Origin: Acidobacteriota bacterium | Lineage (GTDB): Bacteria; Actinomycetota; Acidimicrobiia; ATN3 | Reading direction: 5' to 3' | Assembly: GCA_003577105.1 (NCBI GenBank) | Contig: QEUQ01000009.1 | Span: forward strand, 1,326-65,325 | DNA: 64,000 bases | Part shown: one piece after another, positions 20,339 through 30,689 of the stretch | Layout of the letters: the number at the start of each line of letters is the position of its first letter | How positions within the stretch are numbered: position 1 is the stretch's first letter | Position numbers and translations under genes: made by a program | Notes under the pieces: generated by a model | The model's input: only the letters and a program-made list of their open reading frames with translations | Database searches by the model: none | What the model was told of the DNA's origin: nothing

Positions 20339-21623
20339 CTCCGGCCTCGTCGGAATCGGCGGATGTGTCAACTTCCGGCGACAATCCGTTGAGAATGTGC
20401 CCCATCTTCTCCCTCTTGGCCCTCAGGTACGCAATGTTCTCATCCGTCGGATCGACCTCTAGCGGGACACGTTCAACTATCTCGAGTCCGTACCCCTCCA
20501 GACCCGCACGCTTGGTGGGATTGTTTGTCATGAGTCTCATCGTCGTTATTCCAAGATCAGCGAGTATCTGTGCGCCTATTCCGTAGTCACGTGCGTCAAC
20601 TGGAAGTCCTAGGTTCAAATTAGCTTCGACCGTGTCAATCCCCGCCTCTTGAAGCCTGTAGGCCTGAAGTTTGTGAAGCAGCCCGATGCCACGCCCCTCG
20701 TGCCCCCTGAAGTAAAGGACAACTCCTCTGCCCTCGGCTTCTATGTTCTCCAGAGCCTTCGACAACTGATCGCCGCAATCACATCTCTGAGACGCGAATA
20801 CGTCGCCCGTCAAGCACTCCGAGTGAACCCTTACAAGTACGGCATCCTGGCCGGCGACATCACCCTTGACTAGCGCTATGTGCTGCGTGCCGTCTAGGAG
20901 GGACTCATAGCCAACTGCCGTGAACTCGCCAAAACTGGTTGGCATGCGCGCCTCTGCTACCCGCCGGACCAACTTCTCGGAGCGCCTTCGGTGCTGAATT
21001 AGGTCGGCGATCGTGATGATCGGAAGCCCGTGTCGCTCGGAAAGTTCAAATAGCTCGGGGAGTCTCGCCATCGACCCGTCTTCCTGCATCACTTCGCAGA
21101 TAACTCCAGCCGGGGTTAGTCCTGCTAGCTCAGCGAGATCAACCGCAGCCTCCGTATGTCCTGCGCGCTTGAGAACCCCCCCCTCCGCGTATCGCAGAGG
21201 AAAGATGTGCCCAGGTCTTGTGAAGTCCTCCGGACGTGCTTCGGGATCGATTAGCGCACCCACCGTGTCAGCTCGGTCGTGCGCCGAAATACCCGTGGTT
21301 GTGGTGTGTCGGTAGTCAACGGAGACAGCAAAGGCCGTCTCTCGGGCGTCTGTGTTCTCTGAAACCATCGGAGGGATGCGCAGCTCATCGAGGCGCGAAC
21401 CCAAGATCGGAACACATATCAGACCTCGACCATGAGTAGCCATGAAGTTGATTACGTCTGCAGTAGCCTTCTCCGCGGCGCAGACAAGGTCGCCCTCGTT
21501 TTCTCGGTCGGCGTCATCAACAACAATGATTATCCGGCCCTCGTGAATAGCTTCTACAGCTTCGTCAATTGAATGAAACTCGCTCACTCCGCTGCCCTTC
21601 TCCGCTCCCGCCCTCGCCGTCAT
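20331..21623 (-). CDS. ribBA: Bifunctional 3,4-dihydroxy-2-butanone-4-phosphate synthase / GTP cyclohydrolase II
   Basis: DHBP synthase RENEGDLV motif and GTP cyclohydrolase II Zn-cysteines ([15 protein letters not shown]). The start is uncertain (21590-21623); the longer ORF-track start overlaps ribE. Confidence 0.92.
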   Translation of the reverse strand: MTARAGAEKGSGVSEFHSIDEAVEAIHEGRIIIVVDDADRENEGDLVCAAEKATADVINFMATHGRGLICVPILGSRLDELRIPPMVSENTDARETAFAVSVDYRHTTTTGISAHDRADTVGALIDPEARPEDFTRPGHIFPLRYAEGGVLKRAGHTEAAVDLAELAGLTPAGVICEVMQEDGSMARLPELFELSERHGLPIITIADLIQHRRRSEKLVRRVAEARMPTSFGEFTAVGYESLLDGTQHIALVKGDVAGQDAVLVRVHSECLTGDVFASQRCDCGDQLSKALENIEAEGRGVVLYFRGHEGRGIGLLHKLQAYRLQEAGIDTVEANLNLGLPVDARDYGIGAQILADLGITTMRLMTNNPTKRAGLEGYGLEIVERVPLEVDPTDENIAYLRAKREKMGHILNGLSPEVDTSADSDEAGDG

Positions 21624-22221
21624 TGCCGGCCAAGCTTGGAAGCAGACTCTCAACATACTTGGCAACGAGGTCCAGCTCGAGATTTGCCGCATGACCAGGC
21701 TCGGTCCAGGCGAGGTTTGTGGCATCAAGTGTGTGAGGTATTAGCGCCACCTCAAACCATGCATCGCCAACCGCCGCTACTGTCAGACTGACCCCATCGA
21801 CTGCCACTGAACCCTTCTCAACGATGTAGCGAATTTCGGCCTGCGAAGCGCCGTACCTGTGCACCCTGCCACCGCTCGGTGTCAATGAGACAGACTCGAG
21901 CAGCGCCGGGCCGTCGACATGGCCTTGCACGATGTGCCCCCCGAATCTCCCATCAGCCCTCAATGAGCGTTCCAGGTTGACCGGGTCACCGACCGCAAGC
22001 GCCCCCAAGTTTGTGCGCATCACGGTCTCCTCAACCAGTTGCGCCTCGAAACCCGCCTCATCAAGCCTGACAACCGTAAGGCAGCAGCCGTTCACGGCCA
22101 CCGAGTCCCCTACAGCTAGTCCGTCACTGACGACGTCGCATGCAACAACTAGGTCTATTCCGCCATCACGAGGACGGGAGACCGCAATCTGTCCTTTTTC
22201 TTCTATAAGTCCGGTGAACAT
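21565..22221 (-). CDS. ribE: Riboflavin synthase alpha chain
   Basis: [11 protein letters not shown]-terminus and two lumazine-binding repeats. Confidence 0.92.
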   Translation of the reverse strand: MFTGLIEEKGQIAVSRPRDGGIDLVVACDVVSDGLAVGDSVAVNGCCLTVVRLDEAGFEAQLVEETVMRTNLGALAVGDPVNLERSLRADGRFGGHIVQGHVDGPALLESVSLTPSGGRVHRYGASQAEIRYIVEKGSVAVDGVSLTVAAVGDAWFEVALIPHTLDATNLAWTEPGHAANLELDLVAKYVESLLPSLAGNDGEGGSGEGQRSERVSFN

Positions 22222-22233
22222 GCCACGACTCGC

Positions 22234-23343
22234 CTAACTGCGATGCGTCTCGCCGTCCGTACCTCGTCCTGCGCCGGGGCGGGGGTCGACTACGATCATC
22301 AAATCGTCACCCACGCGTGCCACGGATTGAAAATCCATTTTGGTAACGTCAGCGATCGTCGATGCCGAATTTCCGCCGAACAGCGGCGAGCCCGCACTCC
22401 CGCCGGCCACCGCCGGCGCTACAAAGAAGATGCAGCGATCTAGCAAGTCGCGGTCCAACAGCGCTCCTGCCAGCGATGCACCACCTTCGCAGAGCAATTC
22501 GACTATGCCCCGTTGAGCTAGCCTCGCCATTGCCTCTCCGAGGTCGAGCTGGCCGGAACCATCGGACAGAGCGATCAATTCAAGTGAGTCCCCAAAGCGC
22601 GATCTGAGGGCGGATTCACCCTGACTCGACGTGAGCACCCACGTCGGTGCTGACTCATCTGCGGCGCGAGCGCCAGCCGGGAGTCTCCCGGCGGAATCGA
22701 CGATGACTCGCACCGGCGGAGTACCCGCGAATCCCTTGAGTCTGCAGTTCAGGCTCGGATCATCGGCCAGAATGGTCCCTGAACCGACCATGATGGCGTC
22801 AGCCTCTGCCCTGAGTTGCTGAACCATCTCACGCGACTCAGGCCCGGAAATCCACTTCGAACTGCCGTCAACCGCCGCCGTCCTGCCGTCAATTGTCATC
22901 GCAGCTTTGTATGTGATCCTTGGTCGACCTTGAACACGATGGATCAGATAGGCGGCGTTCAACTCTGTGGCCTCAGAGGCCAGCATTCCGCCGGACACGT
23001 CAACTCCCGATTCGGCGAGCAGCTTTGCTCCCCCGCCCGCGACCGAAGGATCAGGGTCGGCAATTGCGTACCTAACGGCGGAAACTCCGGCTTCAGCAAT
23101 CGCGTCGATGCACGGAGGGGTTCGCCCCGTGTGCGCGCATGGCTCCAGGGTGACGTAGAGCGTCGCGCCCCGAGCTCGTTCAGCCGCATTCCTGAGCGCA
23201 ACAACTTCGGCGTGAGGAGTCCCGGGAGCTACATGCCAGCCCTCACCGACAATCGCTCCATCAGCCACCACGACCGCGCCCACCATTGGATTGGGATGCG
23301 CGCTGTGGGCGCCCAGTCGAGCCAGCTCCAGGGCGCGCTCCAT
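22234..23343 (-). CDS. ribD: Bifunctional diaminohydroxyphosphoribosylaminopyrimidine deaminase / 5-amino-6-(5-phosphoribosylamino)uracil reductase
   Basis: CMP/dCMP deaminase Zn motif (HAEVVAL...PCAHTGRTPPC) plus a RibD C-terminal reductase domain. Start taken at MERALELA. Confidence 0.9.
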   Translation of the reverse strand: MERALELARLGAHSAHPNPMVGAVVVADGAIVGEGWHVAPGTPHAEVVALRNAAERARGATLYVTLEPCAHTGRTPPCIDAIAEAGVSAVRYAIADPDPSVAGGGAKLLAESGVDVSGGMLASEATELNAAYLIHRVQGRPRITYKAAMTIDGRTAAVDGSSKWISGPESREMVQQLRAEADAIMVGSGTILADDPSLNCRLKGFAGTPPVRVIVDSAGRLPAGARAADESAPTWVLTSSQGESALRSRFGDSLELIALSDGSGQLDLGEAMARLAQRGIVELLCEGGASLAGALLDRDLLDRCIFFVAPAVAGGSAGSPLFGGNSASTIADVTKMDFQSVARVGDDLMIVVDPRPGAGRGTDGETHRS

Positions 23344-23514
23344 GTATTGGGTATCCGATTCACCCAATTCCCGCAATGTCCTTTCGGGGCAGCTCCCGAC
23401 GAGCGCCAAACGCCGCTCGGCTCTGATCAGAATATCTGCCAGATAGCGAGATCACGATCGTGCCGCACGACAGCTTTGCGGGCGGAGACTCTCGGGGAAG
23501 GAGACGAGATTGAC

Positions 23515-23898
23515 CTACTCGCCAAATACGTAGTGCACGAAGCGTACAAGCTCGTTCATTTTGAAAGGCTTGGTCATGTAGTAGTCCGCCCCTGAGGACC
23601 ACCCTTCCCACACATCCGACTCCTGCCTGCGGGCGGTCAGCAGCACAACTGGAAGCTCTTCGAATTCGGGCTTGGAACGGATGTCCCCGAGTACGTCGTA
23701 TCCGTCAACCTCAGGCATCATCACATCTAGTATCACTAGATCGGGCGGATCGCCCTTGATTGATTCAATCGCAGCGGCACCGCCATCGGCCTCTCGGACT
23801 GCGAAACCCTCTTCCTCGAGATTGGTTCTGAGAACCATCCGAATATCGGCGTCATCGTCCACAACGAGGATAGTCCGGCCTTCTTCACTATTAGTCAT
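23515..23898 (-). CDS. Single-domain response regulator (CheY-like receiver only)
   Basis: DD...D (ILVVDDDADIR), phospho-acceptor Asp (LVILDVMMP), and T/K positions (VLLTAR, KPF). There is no output domain. It overlaps the rpe stop by 8 nt. Confidence 0.88.
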   Translation of the reverse strand: MTNSEEGRTILVVDDDADIRMVLRTNLEEEGFAVREADGGAAAIESIKGDPPDLVILDVMMPEVDGYDVLGDIRSKPEFEELPVVLLTARRQESDVWEGWSSGADYYMTKPFKMNELVRFVHYVFGE

Positions 23899-24568
23899 TG
23901 TCTGTTCCTAGCAATTCGCTGACAGCATTTCGTATGCGCCGTGCTGCTTCAAGAGGAGAGGATGCTCCAAAAATCGCGCTGCCCGCCACTAGAACATTCG
24001 CGCCTGCGGCGACCGCACTCGCCGCCGTCTCCTCGCCAATCCCTCCGTCCACTTCAATATCGACATCGACCCCGCTCTCATTAACCAATTGCCGCGCCGA
24101 CTCAATCTTCGGCAGAACTGCTTCGATGAAGCGCTGACCCGCAAACCCGGGATACACGGACATGACTAGAAATAGGTCGAGTGACCGAATCCACGGCTTG
24201 GCTTCCTCAAAGGGTGTATCGGGGCTAATAGACATGCCGACACGCACTCCGAGACTCCGGATCGCTTCGATCTCCGCACCCGGATCATCGGTCGCTTCGC
24301 GGTGGAATGTAATCCACGAAGCACCTGCCTCTGCGAACTGCTCGTAGTAGTCGGAAGGGGATTCGATCATCAGGTGGCAGTCAAGGGGCAAATCTGTGCA
24401 CTTGGAGAGCGAAGCCACGACTGCGGGACCAACTGTGAGATTTGGAACGAAGTGCCCGTCCATGACGTCTACGTGAAGGAGGTCCGCTTCGGGAGTGACG
24501 TGACGCACGTCCTCTCCGAGCGCGGCGAAATCAGCAGAAAGGATGGAGGGCGCTAGCTTTATCTCCAT
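23891..24568 (-). CDS. rpe: Ribulose-phosphate 3-epimerase
   Basis: PSILSADF...HVDVMDGHFVPN signature. Start at MEIKLAP; the upstream 92 codons in the ORF track are read-through. Confidence 0.93.
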   Translation of the reverse strand: MEIKLAPSILSADFAALGEDVRHVTPEADLLHVDVMDGHFVPNLTVGPAVVASLSKCTDLPLDCHLMIESPSDYYEQFAEAGASWITFHREATDDPGAEIEAIRSLGVRVGMSISPDTPFEEAKPWIRSLDLFLVMSVYPGFAGQRFIEAVLPKIESARQLVNESGVDVDIEVDGGIGEETAASAVAAGANVLVAGSAIFGASSPLEAARRIRNAVSELLGTDND

Positions 24569-24590
24569 CGATTTCTCACGCTCAACCCCG

Positions 24591-25166
24591 CTAGCCACTG
24601 AAACTGCACAGTTTCCAGTCTTCACCCTCCTTCTCAAGCAATACCGTAAACGTATCCGATGCCTTCTCTCGTACGAGGGTGTACGAGACGGTGGCGGTAT
24701 TTCCCGTGACGTTCGAAGAGAAGACGTTATAGGAGGTGACCTTGCCCTGAGCCTCCTCTGCAGCATCCAGAGTCCGGGCAAATTCGCTGTACGAGTACTT
24801 TGACTTGAAGCTCCGGCAGGTTCGCTCGTACGCGGCTGTGGCATTCCCGGACTTCATATCTGCCAAATAGGCATTGACCTGATCTGCGGGTGCCGTGACA
24901 GTGTCAACGATCACCTTGCCAACTAGGACCACTGCGACAATGCCGAGGATGACAAGGCCCCCGACAATTGCGGCGATGATTCCGCATGTCTTGCCAGTAC
25001 TACTCTTCGCAGGTTGGGTAGGAGGCTGATATGTGACTGGGGGCGGCTGGCCCACGCCGTACTGCCCTTGGTCCGGCGGAGCCGGGGGCTGTCCTGGAGG
25101 CGGAAAGCCAGGGGGCTGTCCGGGAGGTTGTCCGGGAGGGGGATAGCCAGGGGGCTGATTACTCAT
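24591..25166 (-). CDS. Proline-rich membrane protein of unknown function. It has a Pro-rich N-terminus, one TM helix and a ~110-aa C-terminal globular domain.
   Basis: PPGYPPPGQPPGQPPGFPPPGQPP repeats, a hydrophobic helix (IIAAIVGGLVILGIVAVVLV), then an extracytoplasmic domain. No family assigned. Confidence 0.55.
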   Translation of the reverse strand: MSNQPPGYPPPGQPPGQPPGFPPPGQPPAPPDQGQYGVGQPPPVTYQPPTQPAKSSTGKTCGIIAAIVGGLVILGIVAVVLVGKVIVDTVTAPADQVNAYLADMKSGNATAAYERTCRSFKSKYSYSEFARTLDAAEEAQGKVTSYNVFSSNVTGNTATVSYTLVREKASDTFTVLLEKEGEDWKLCSFSG

Positions 25167-25298
25167 CGCGTTCCTCTCCGCCTCTCTACCAGCACTGCTT
25201 CTCGCAGACATCTGAGGAGGTCGCCAATATCGACCGACTCAGAGTATCGTGCCTCACGTCGATCGCCCGGGAGTTACCAGTTGTACTGCTCGAAACGT

Positions 25299-25820
25299 AT
25301 GCTGCTTGCTTCGATTGTGACTACGTTGTTTCTCTTTTTGGCTGCATGCTCGGGCGACTCCAAGACGCAATCTGAAGGCTCAAACCCAAAGCCAGAATCT
25401 ACGAGGAGCACCGCCGTGCAGACCGGACAGGACCTGCCACCCGAACTTGGCCAGAAGCCCACTGTGCAAGTCACCCCGGGACAGGCTGCTCCCGCGGACC
25501 TTGTCGTCAAGGACATCATTGTCGGCACGGGAGCTGAGGCAGTGCCTGGAAAGGCGGTTACCGTCAACTACGTCGGCGTCTCTCAAGCAACAGGCCGGGA
25601 GTTCGACTCCTCGTGGAGCAGGAACCAACCCTTCACCTTCCAGCTTGGCGCGGGCAAGGTGATTCCCGGATGGGACCGCGGCGTCGCCGGCATGAAAGTG
25701 GGCGGACGCCGTGAATTGGTCATCCCCCCTGAACTCGCATACGGATCGCGGGGAGCGGGCGGCGCTATCGGCCCAAATGAGACGCTGGTATTTGTGGTTG
25801 ACCTGCTAGAGGTCAAGTAG
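25299..25820 (+). CDS. FKBP-type peptidyl-prolyl cis-trans isomerase, lipoprotein
   Basis: Lipobox LFLAAC-S signal peptide. FKBP domain (VTVNYVGV...GAGKVIPGWDRGVAGMKVGGRRELVIPPELAYG). Start at MLLASIV. Confidence 0.88.
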   Translation: MLLASIVTTLFLFLAACSGDSKTQSEGSNPKPESTRSTAVQTGQDLPPELGQKPTVQVTPGQAAPADLVVKDIIVGTGAEAVPGKAVTVNYVGVSQATGREFDSSWSRNQPFTFQLGAGKVIPGWDRGVAGMKVGGRRELVIPPELAYGSRGAGGAIGPNETLVFVVDLLEVK

Positions 25821-26766
25821 CCGGAGCGCCTCCCAGGCGGTCAAGCGGGCCTAGCCTCGCACCAGCTGCGAACTCCGCGCCTGTCATTGCTCGGCCTCCA
25901 GAAGGCTGCACTTCGAGGAGATCGATGAACCCATCGCCCGCCTGCACTGAAAGCCCTGAGCGCGACGCATGCAGGAATCCCGGCGTCCCGTCGCAATCTG
26001 ACACTTCCTCAGACGATCTGTTTCCAATCCGAGCACGGAGAATCTTGATTGGCCGGCCTCGCAACATGCTCCACGCACCGGGTTTTGGTCCTGCCGCTCT
26101 AACGAGCCGCACTATCTCCTCCGCCGGCTTCGACCAATCGATCTCACACTCTTCCTTTTCTAGTTTTGGCGCCACTGTGACACCATCTGCCGGCTGCTCC
26201 ACCGGCTGCACACTCCCGTCGGTTGCCCCTCGCAACGTGGCGAGCAGCAGCGGGGCTCCCAGCGTTGCCAGTAAGGAAGTGAGTTCGGCCGCGCTTTGGT
26301 CCGGGTCAATCGATGTCTCAATCGAGGCATAGACCGGTCCGGAATCGAGCCCCTCATCGATCTTCATCACCGATACGCCCGTGACCTCGTCGCCGGCGAG
26401 TATTGCCCTCTGCACCGGAGCTGCTCCGCGCCATCTCGGTAGGAGCGAGAAGTGCAAATTGAAAATGCCAAGAGGGAAAAGGTCAATAATGCGTCGCGGG
26501 ATTATCTGACCATAAGCAACAACGACACCAACATCGCATCCAAGGCGAGCCAGCTCCTCGCTCAGCTCGTTGATTCGCTCAGGCGACCTCACCTCAACCC
26601 CGTGCTCAGTAGCAAAAGAAGCCACCGCACAAGGCCGACCTTGCCTTCCGCGTCTATGCCCGCCTCCAGGCTGGGTCACAACGAGAGGTACGTCTATTTC
26701 GGAATCCAATAGCGCCGCTAGCGAGGGGATTGCTGCTGCTGGCGACCCGAAGAAGACCGCGCGCAC
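25813..26766 (-). CDS. fmt: Methionyl-tRNA formyltransferase
   Basis: MRAVFFGSP...HFSLLPRWRGAAPVQRAI formyltransferase motifs. Confidence 0.93.
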   Translation of the reverse strand: MRAVFFGSPAAAIPSLAALLDSEIDVPLVVTQPGGGHRRGRQGRPCAVASFATEHGVEVRSPERINELSEELARLGCDVGVVVAYGQIIPRRIIDLFPLGIFNLHFSLLPRWRGAAPVQRAILAGDEVTGVSVMKIDEGLDSGPVYASIETSIDPDQSAAELTSLLATLGAPLLLATLRGATDGSVQPVEQPADGVTVAPKLEKEECEIDWSKPAEEIVRLVRAAGPKPGAWSMLRGRPIKILRARIGNRSSEEVSDCDGTPGFLHASRSGLSVQAGDGFIDLLEVQPSGGRAMTGAEFAAGARLGPLDRLGGAPAT

Positions 26767-26772
26767 TGCGCC

Positions 26773-27303
26773 TCAGGCCTTCCTCTCGCCATGCCTAGGA
26801 GGTATCAGGCTCCCGCCCCCGCCAAACTCAAAGACCTGGCGAATCTCCTTGAGCGCCGCTTTTCGCTCAGCCTTTTCGAGCCGGTCAATCAGGAGCTCTC
26901 CGTTTAAGTGATCGATTTCATGCGCGAGCATGCGAGCCATGAGCCCCTCACCACTGAGCTCCGAGGGATCACCTTTAATGTCGACACCCCTGGCGACGAC
27001 CCATTCCGGTCGCTCCACCTCGAACCAGAATCCCGGCACCGACAGGCAGCCTTCCTCGCGACGATGTGCACCGCTGGTTTCGACTATCTGCGGGTTGCAC
27101 AAGACGCCTGGGCCATCACCAATGTCATAAACAAAGAACGCCTTTTCGATGCCAACTTGGGGAGCGGCCAAGCCAACTCCCGGAGCGTCATACATGGTCT
27201 CAAGCATCTCGTCGACAAGACGCTCGAGCGCGTCGTCGAAGTCGGTAACCGGGCGTGCTGCCTGGCGCAGTACCGGATCGCCAAAGGTTCTAATCCTCAA
27301 CAT
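26773..27303 (-). CDS. def: Peptide deformylase
   Basis: GLAAPQVG, EGCLS and HEIDHL metal-binding motifs. Confidence 0.95.
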   Translation of the reverse strand: MLRIRTFGDPVLRQAARPVTDFDDALERLVDEMLETMYDAPGVGLAAPQVGIEKAFFVYDIGDGPGVLCNPQIVETSGAHRREEGCLSVPGFWFEVERPEWVVARGVDIKGDPSELSGEGLMARMLAHEIDHLNGELLIDRLEKAERKAALKEIRQVFEFGGGGSLIPPRHGERKA

Positions 27304-27315
27304 GACACTCGAAGG

Positions 27316-29286
27316 CTACTCCAGCCTCGACGGGTCCACTTCAATTCTCACCTTGCGCCCCGCAGAGCGAGCTTCCGATGCTCCAAGTGCGACCGATTTC
27401 CACGCCTCGGCGGGTTCCGACGACAACACGAGGACCCTCGATGAGCTACCACTTTCATCTGGTCCCAGCACCTGGGCACCACAGCTTCGCGCCAGCTGAG
27501 CAATATTCCTCGCCCACGTAGAAGAGTTCTCGCCGGTCACTGTCACTCGAGCGCACCGAACAAACGGAGGGAGACGATTACTTTCACGATCATCGAGAAT
27601 TTCACTCGCGGCCTTTTCAGGATCGCCATCGACCAGCGCCGCAGAAAAAGGGATCTCGGGCATGTACGTTTGAATGAGCATCCCGGCATATGGTCGGTTG
27701 TCAGCGCGCGGCGGTGCGTGCGCCGCCGCCCTCACTAATAGCCGCCACGCGTTTTCAACTGCCGTGGCATCGGGCGCGAGAAGAAGAGAGTCGAGGTCGA
27801 CCACCACGACTAGATCCAGTGCCCCGGTTCGCCAGAACGCCGCCTCAGTGCCGACAATGACATCGGCCAGGTCCACCGATGACCTGGACTCACGATCGAC
27901 TGTTACGATCGAATTTCGCGGAAACAGGTGCTCGGCCTCTCTCGCCAGGGCTCGGGTACCCGCTCCCAGCCTCTTGACTTTGGCTGAGCCGCAATGAGCG
28001 CACGTAATGGGCAAGATCGCCTGACATGAGGTGCATGCGAGCCGCCTGTCCTGCCCGGGTCGCGTCCCCCTCTCGGGAAGCAAGGCGCCTCCACACGCGT
28101 CGCAAGTCCGCAACCTCAAGCACGCGCCGCATCTGGTCGCTCTTGCTTCTCCGGCCCGATTCAGGAAGAGGAGAATTCGGCCACCTTGCTCAAGCACCCG
28201 CCGAGCACGCGCAACCGCCCCCTCGCTGAGTATCCCGCCTGTAGGCGGCTCATCTTGGCGGTGGATTATCTCTACCGCCGGCCAGCCACGCCGACGCGCG
28301 CTCGGTTCGGGTCTCCGCACATCAGCCGCCCAAATACGCGCCTCAAAACTCGGTGACGCGCTGGTGAGCGCTACGTCAGCGCCCAGGCACGCGGCCCGCA
28401 CGACAGCAACTTCACGTGCGTGATAGCAGGGAGAGGATTGCTCTTTGAGCGAAGGATTGGTCTCGTCCACGACAACAAACAGCCCTGGATTGCCGACGTG
28501 CTGAAACACCGCGGATCGACCGCCCACAACGGCTACCCCGTCGCGCGTCGCAGCATCGATCCACGCCAAACGCTCCTCGGTCTGAGAACGACAAGCCGTC
28601 AGGTCGATTACCGGGACCCCGTGCCTCCTCAACCTGCTGGCCGTCAAAGTTGGTGCGACCGGGTCAACCACGATCGCGCTGCGCTGATCGGCAATGCACG
28701 ATTGAATCAAATCGAAAACGCTAGAGAGAGCTTCTTCGGCCGGGGCGACCTCGTAGAGATCCACCCGTGGCAAACAATTCTCCGCGCGAAGAGCCGGTCG
28801 CGAAGTCTGAGGCTCAACTGATCCTGTCCGAACGGGCAGTCCCGGCGGCTGAAAGTGCCTGAGTACCTGCCAGAGCCCACCTAGGTAGTAGCGAGAAATC
28901 ACGCGAGCCGCTACCAAGTCATGCCCGTTGAAGACAGGCATATCGCCAAGGACTGCCTTCACCGGACGGAGCTTGCCTGCGGCAATGTCACTGTGGCCGG
29001 GGAAACCGGTGATCCACCCCCTGACGCTCCTTCCGCGAAATGGAACACGCACGATCGAGCCGATGCTGAGCCGGGCGAGCAAGCCTTGATCAACTAGGTA
29101 GTGAAATGCCTCGGCGGCAGGCAATCGGTCAATTGTGACTGCGGCAATAGCTGATCCGTCGTCGGCAAACAAGACCGGGGCGTCAGGCATGTCTGGTTGG
29201 CACTGATTCAGTTCCGTCGCGACAAGCTCCCGCAGAACTCGCGCCGGTGCTCCGAGAAGGCGCCCTTCCTCCAGCGCCCAGGTCAC
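27316..29286 (-). CDS. priA: Primosomal protein N' (PriA)
   Basis: 656 aa with PriA 3'-binding/winged-helix N-region and a Cys-rich zinc-binding region (CGACLRLRTCDACGG...CTSCQA...CAHCGS). A Walker A motif is not evident, as in actinobacterial PriA. Confidence 0.8.
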   Translation of the reverse strand: MTWALEEGRLLGAPARVLRELVATELNQCQPDMPDAPVLFADDGSAIAAVTIDRLPAAEAFHYLVDQGLLARLSIGSIVRVPFRGRSVRGWITGFPGHSDIAAGKLRPVKAVLGDMPVFNGHDLVAARVISRYYLGGLWQVLRHFQPPGLPVRTGSVEPQTSRPALRAENCLPRVDLYEVAPAEEALSSVFDLIQSCIADQRSAIVVDPVAPTLTASRLRRHGVPVIDLTACRSQTEERLAWIDAATRDGVAVVGGRSAVFQHVGNPGLFVVVDETNPSLKEQSSPCYHAREVAVVRAACLGADVALTSASPSFEARIWAADVRRPEPSARRRGWPAVEIIHRQDEPPTGGILSEGAVARARRVLEQGGRILLFLNRAGEARATRCGACLRLRTCDACGGALLPERGTRPGQDRRLACTSCQAILPITCAHCGSAKVKRLGAGTRALAREAEHLFPRNSIVTVDRESRSSVDLADVIVGTEAAFWRTGALDLVVVVDLDSLLLAPDATAVENAWRLLVRAAAHAPPRADNRPYAGMLIQTYMPEIPFSAALVDGDPEKAASEILDDRESNRLPPFVRCARVTVTGENSSTWARNIAQLARSCGAQVLGPDESGSSSRVLVLSSEPAEAWKSVALGASEARSAGRKVRIEVDPSRLE

Positions 29287-29364
29287 TGCTTACGCGGGCG
29301 AATAATCAAGTTCGGAACCCGGCACGATCAGAGGCACCGAGCATCGGCGGCAACGCCTTTTCGC

Positions 29365-30561
29365 CTAAGTCCCGAGCGCACTGCGAAGATCGTCGACCTT
29401 GTCGGCAACTTCCCAGGTGAATTCCGAGTCAGCACGCCCAAAATGTCCATATGCCGCGGTCTTTCGGTAGACGGGGCGAGTCAATTGCAAGTGTCGAATG
29501 ATCGCGGCCGGCCGAAGGTCGAATATCTCCGGAACCTCTTGATTGAGCTTTTCCGGATCGACTTTCGCGGTACCAAACGTCTCCACCATGACTGAGACCG
29601 GCCGAGCGACACCGATTGCGTACGCAACCTGAACCTCGCATCGCTGGGCGAGACCGGCGGCGACAACGTTCTTGGCAACCCAGCGCGCTGCGTAGGCGGC
29701 TGAACGATCCACCTTCGAGGGGTCCTTGCCGGAAAAGGCCCCGCCACCGTGCCGGGCCATTCCGCCATAGGTGTCGACGATGATCTTTCTCCCCGTGAGT
29801 CCGGTATCAGCATGGGGTCCGCCCAATTCGAACATCCCTGTCGGGTTTATGAGCACCCTGTAGTCAGATGTATCAAGCCCAGCCGGGAGCACAGGCTTGA
29901 TCACGTGCTCTACAAGTGCCGGTCGAATGTGATCATCAATCGTTACGTTGCCGTCGTGCTGAGTTGAGATCAACACCGTGTCCAAGCGAGATGGGCGGCT
30001 GTCGACGTACTCAATGGTGACCTGCGTCTTGCCGTCGGGGCGCAGAAAACCAATCGTTCCGTTCTTCCGCACCGTGGCCATCTGCTCGGCCATGCGATGC
30101 GCCAGCCAAATCGGCATTGGCATGAGCACATCTGTTTCATCGCAGGCGTAGCCGAACATCATCCCCTGATCTCCGGCTCCCTGTGTATCAAGTTCCCCGT
30201 CTTCTGCTACGCCGCTCTGCTGCTCATGGGACTTGTCAACGCCAATCGCGATATCGGGACTCTGCTCGTCGAGCGTAACCATGATGCCGCAGGTATTGCC
30301 GTCGATCCCGTATTCAGCCCTCGTGTATCCAATGTCGCAGATCGTCTTTCGAACCAGCTTTGGCACGTTGAAGCTGGCCGATGTCGAGATCTCACCTGCA
30401 ACAACTGCAAGACCGGTGGTCACGAGGGTCTCGCACGCAACCCGTCCACTTGCGTCTTGTTCGAGTACCGCATCGAGTACCGCATCCGAAATCTGATCGG
30501 CCATCTTGTCGGGGTGCCCCTCAGTCACCGACTCCGATGTGAATAGATAGCTGCTGGTCAC
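29365..30561 (-). CDS. metK: S-adenosylmethionine synthase
   Basis: [14 protein letters not shown] plus the full MetK core. The start is uncertain (30561 alternative start codon vs the upstream M at 30621). Confidence 0.93.
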   Translation of the reverse strand: MTSSYLFTSESVTEGHPDKMADQISDAVLDAVLEQDASGRVACETLVTTGLAVVAGEISTSASFNVPKLVRKTICDIGYTRAEYGIDGNTCGIMVTLDEQSPDIAIGVDKSHEQQSGVAEDGELDTQGAGDQGMMFGYACDETDVLMPMPIWLAHRMAEQMATVRKNGTIGFLRPDGKTQVTIEYVDSRPSRLDTVLISTQHDGNVTIDDHIRPALVEHVIKPVLPAGLDTSDYRVLINPTGMFELGGPHADTGLTGRKIIVDTYGGMARHGGGAFSGKDPSKVDRSAAYAARWVAKNVVAAGLAQRCEVQVAYAIGVARPVSVMVETFGTAKVDPEKLNQEVPEIFDLRPAAIIRHLQLTRPVYRKTAAYGHFGRADSEFTWEVADKVDDLRSALGT

Positions 30562-30689
30562 TTGCTTCCTTTCCGGGATCGCCGCGCAATCTATACGCGC
30601 TGCATTCCGTCTCGATTTCAATTGGTTTAAGAACGGTAGAGCGAATCGTACCGAGTCAACCGCTTAGCCGGCACGCGACCCGATCTTGC

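Noticed and set aside
23344-23514. Possible FMN riboswitch (RFN element) in the 170-nt leader upstream of ribD
   Set aside because: Only scattered partial resemblances were found (for example UCGGGGCAG...CCCGAC, and GGGUGAAUCGGAUACCC on opposite strands). No contiguous match to the conserved RFN core (GGGUGAAAUUCCC...GGAUUCAG...AGUCUGGAUGG) on the coding strand. It would need a covariance-model scan to be called.
27316-29286. PriA apparently lacking a canonical Walker A motif, considered as a possible pseudogene
   Set aside because: The ORF is intact and full-length with a conserved Cys-rich zinc region. Degenerate ATPase motifs are a known feature of actinobacterial PriA, so this is not evidence of decay.
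30562-30689. SAM riboswitch upstream of metK
   Set aside because: The gap to coaBC is only ~70-130 nt with no recognisable SAM-I/SAM-IV core. metK is probably co-transcribed with coaBC.
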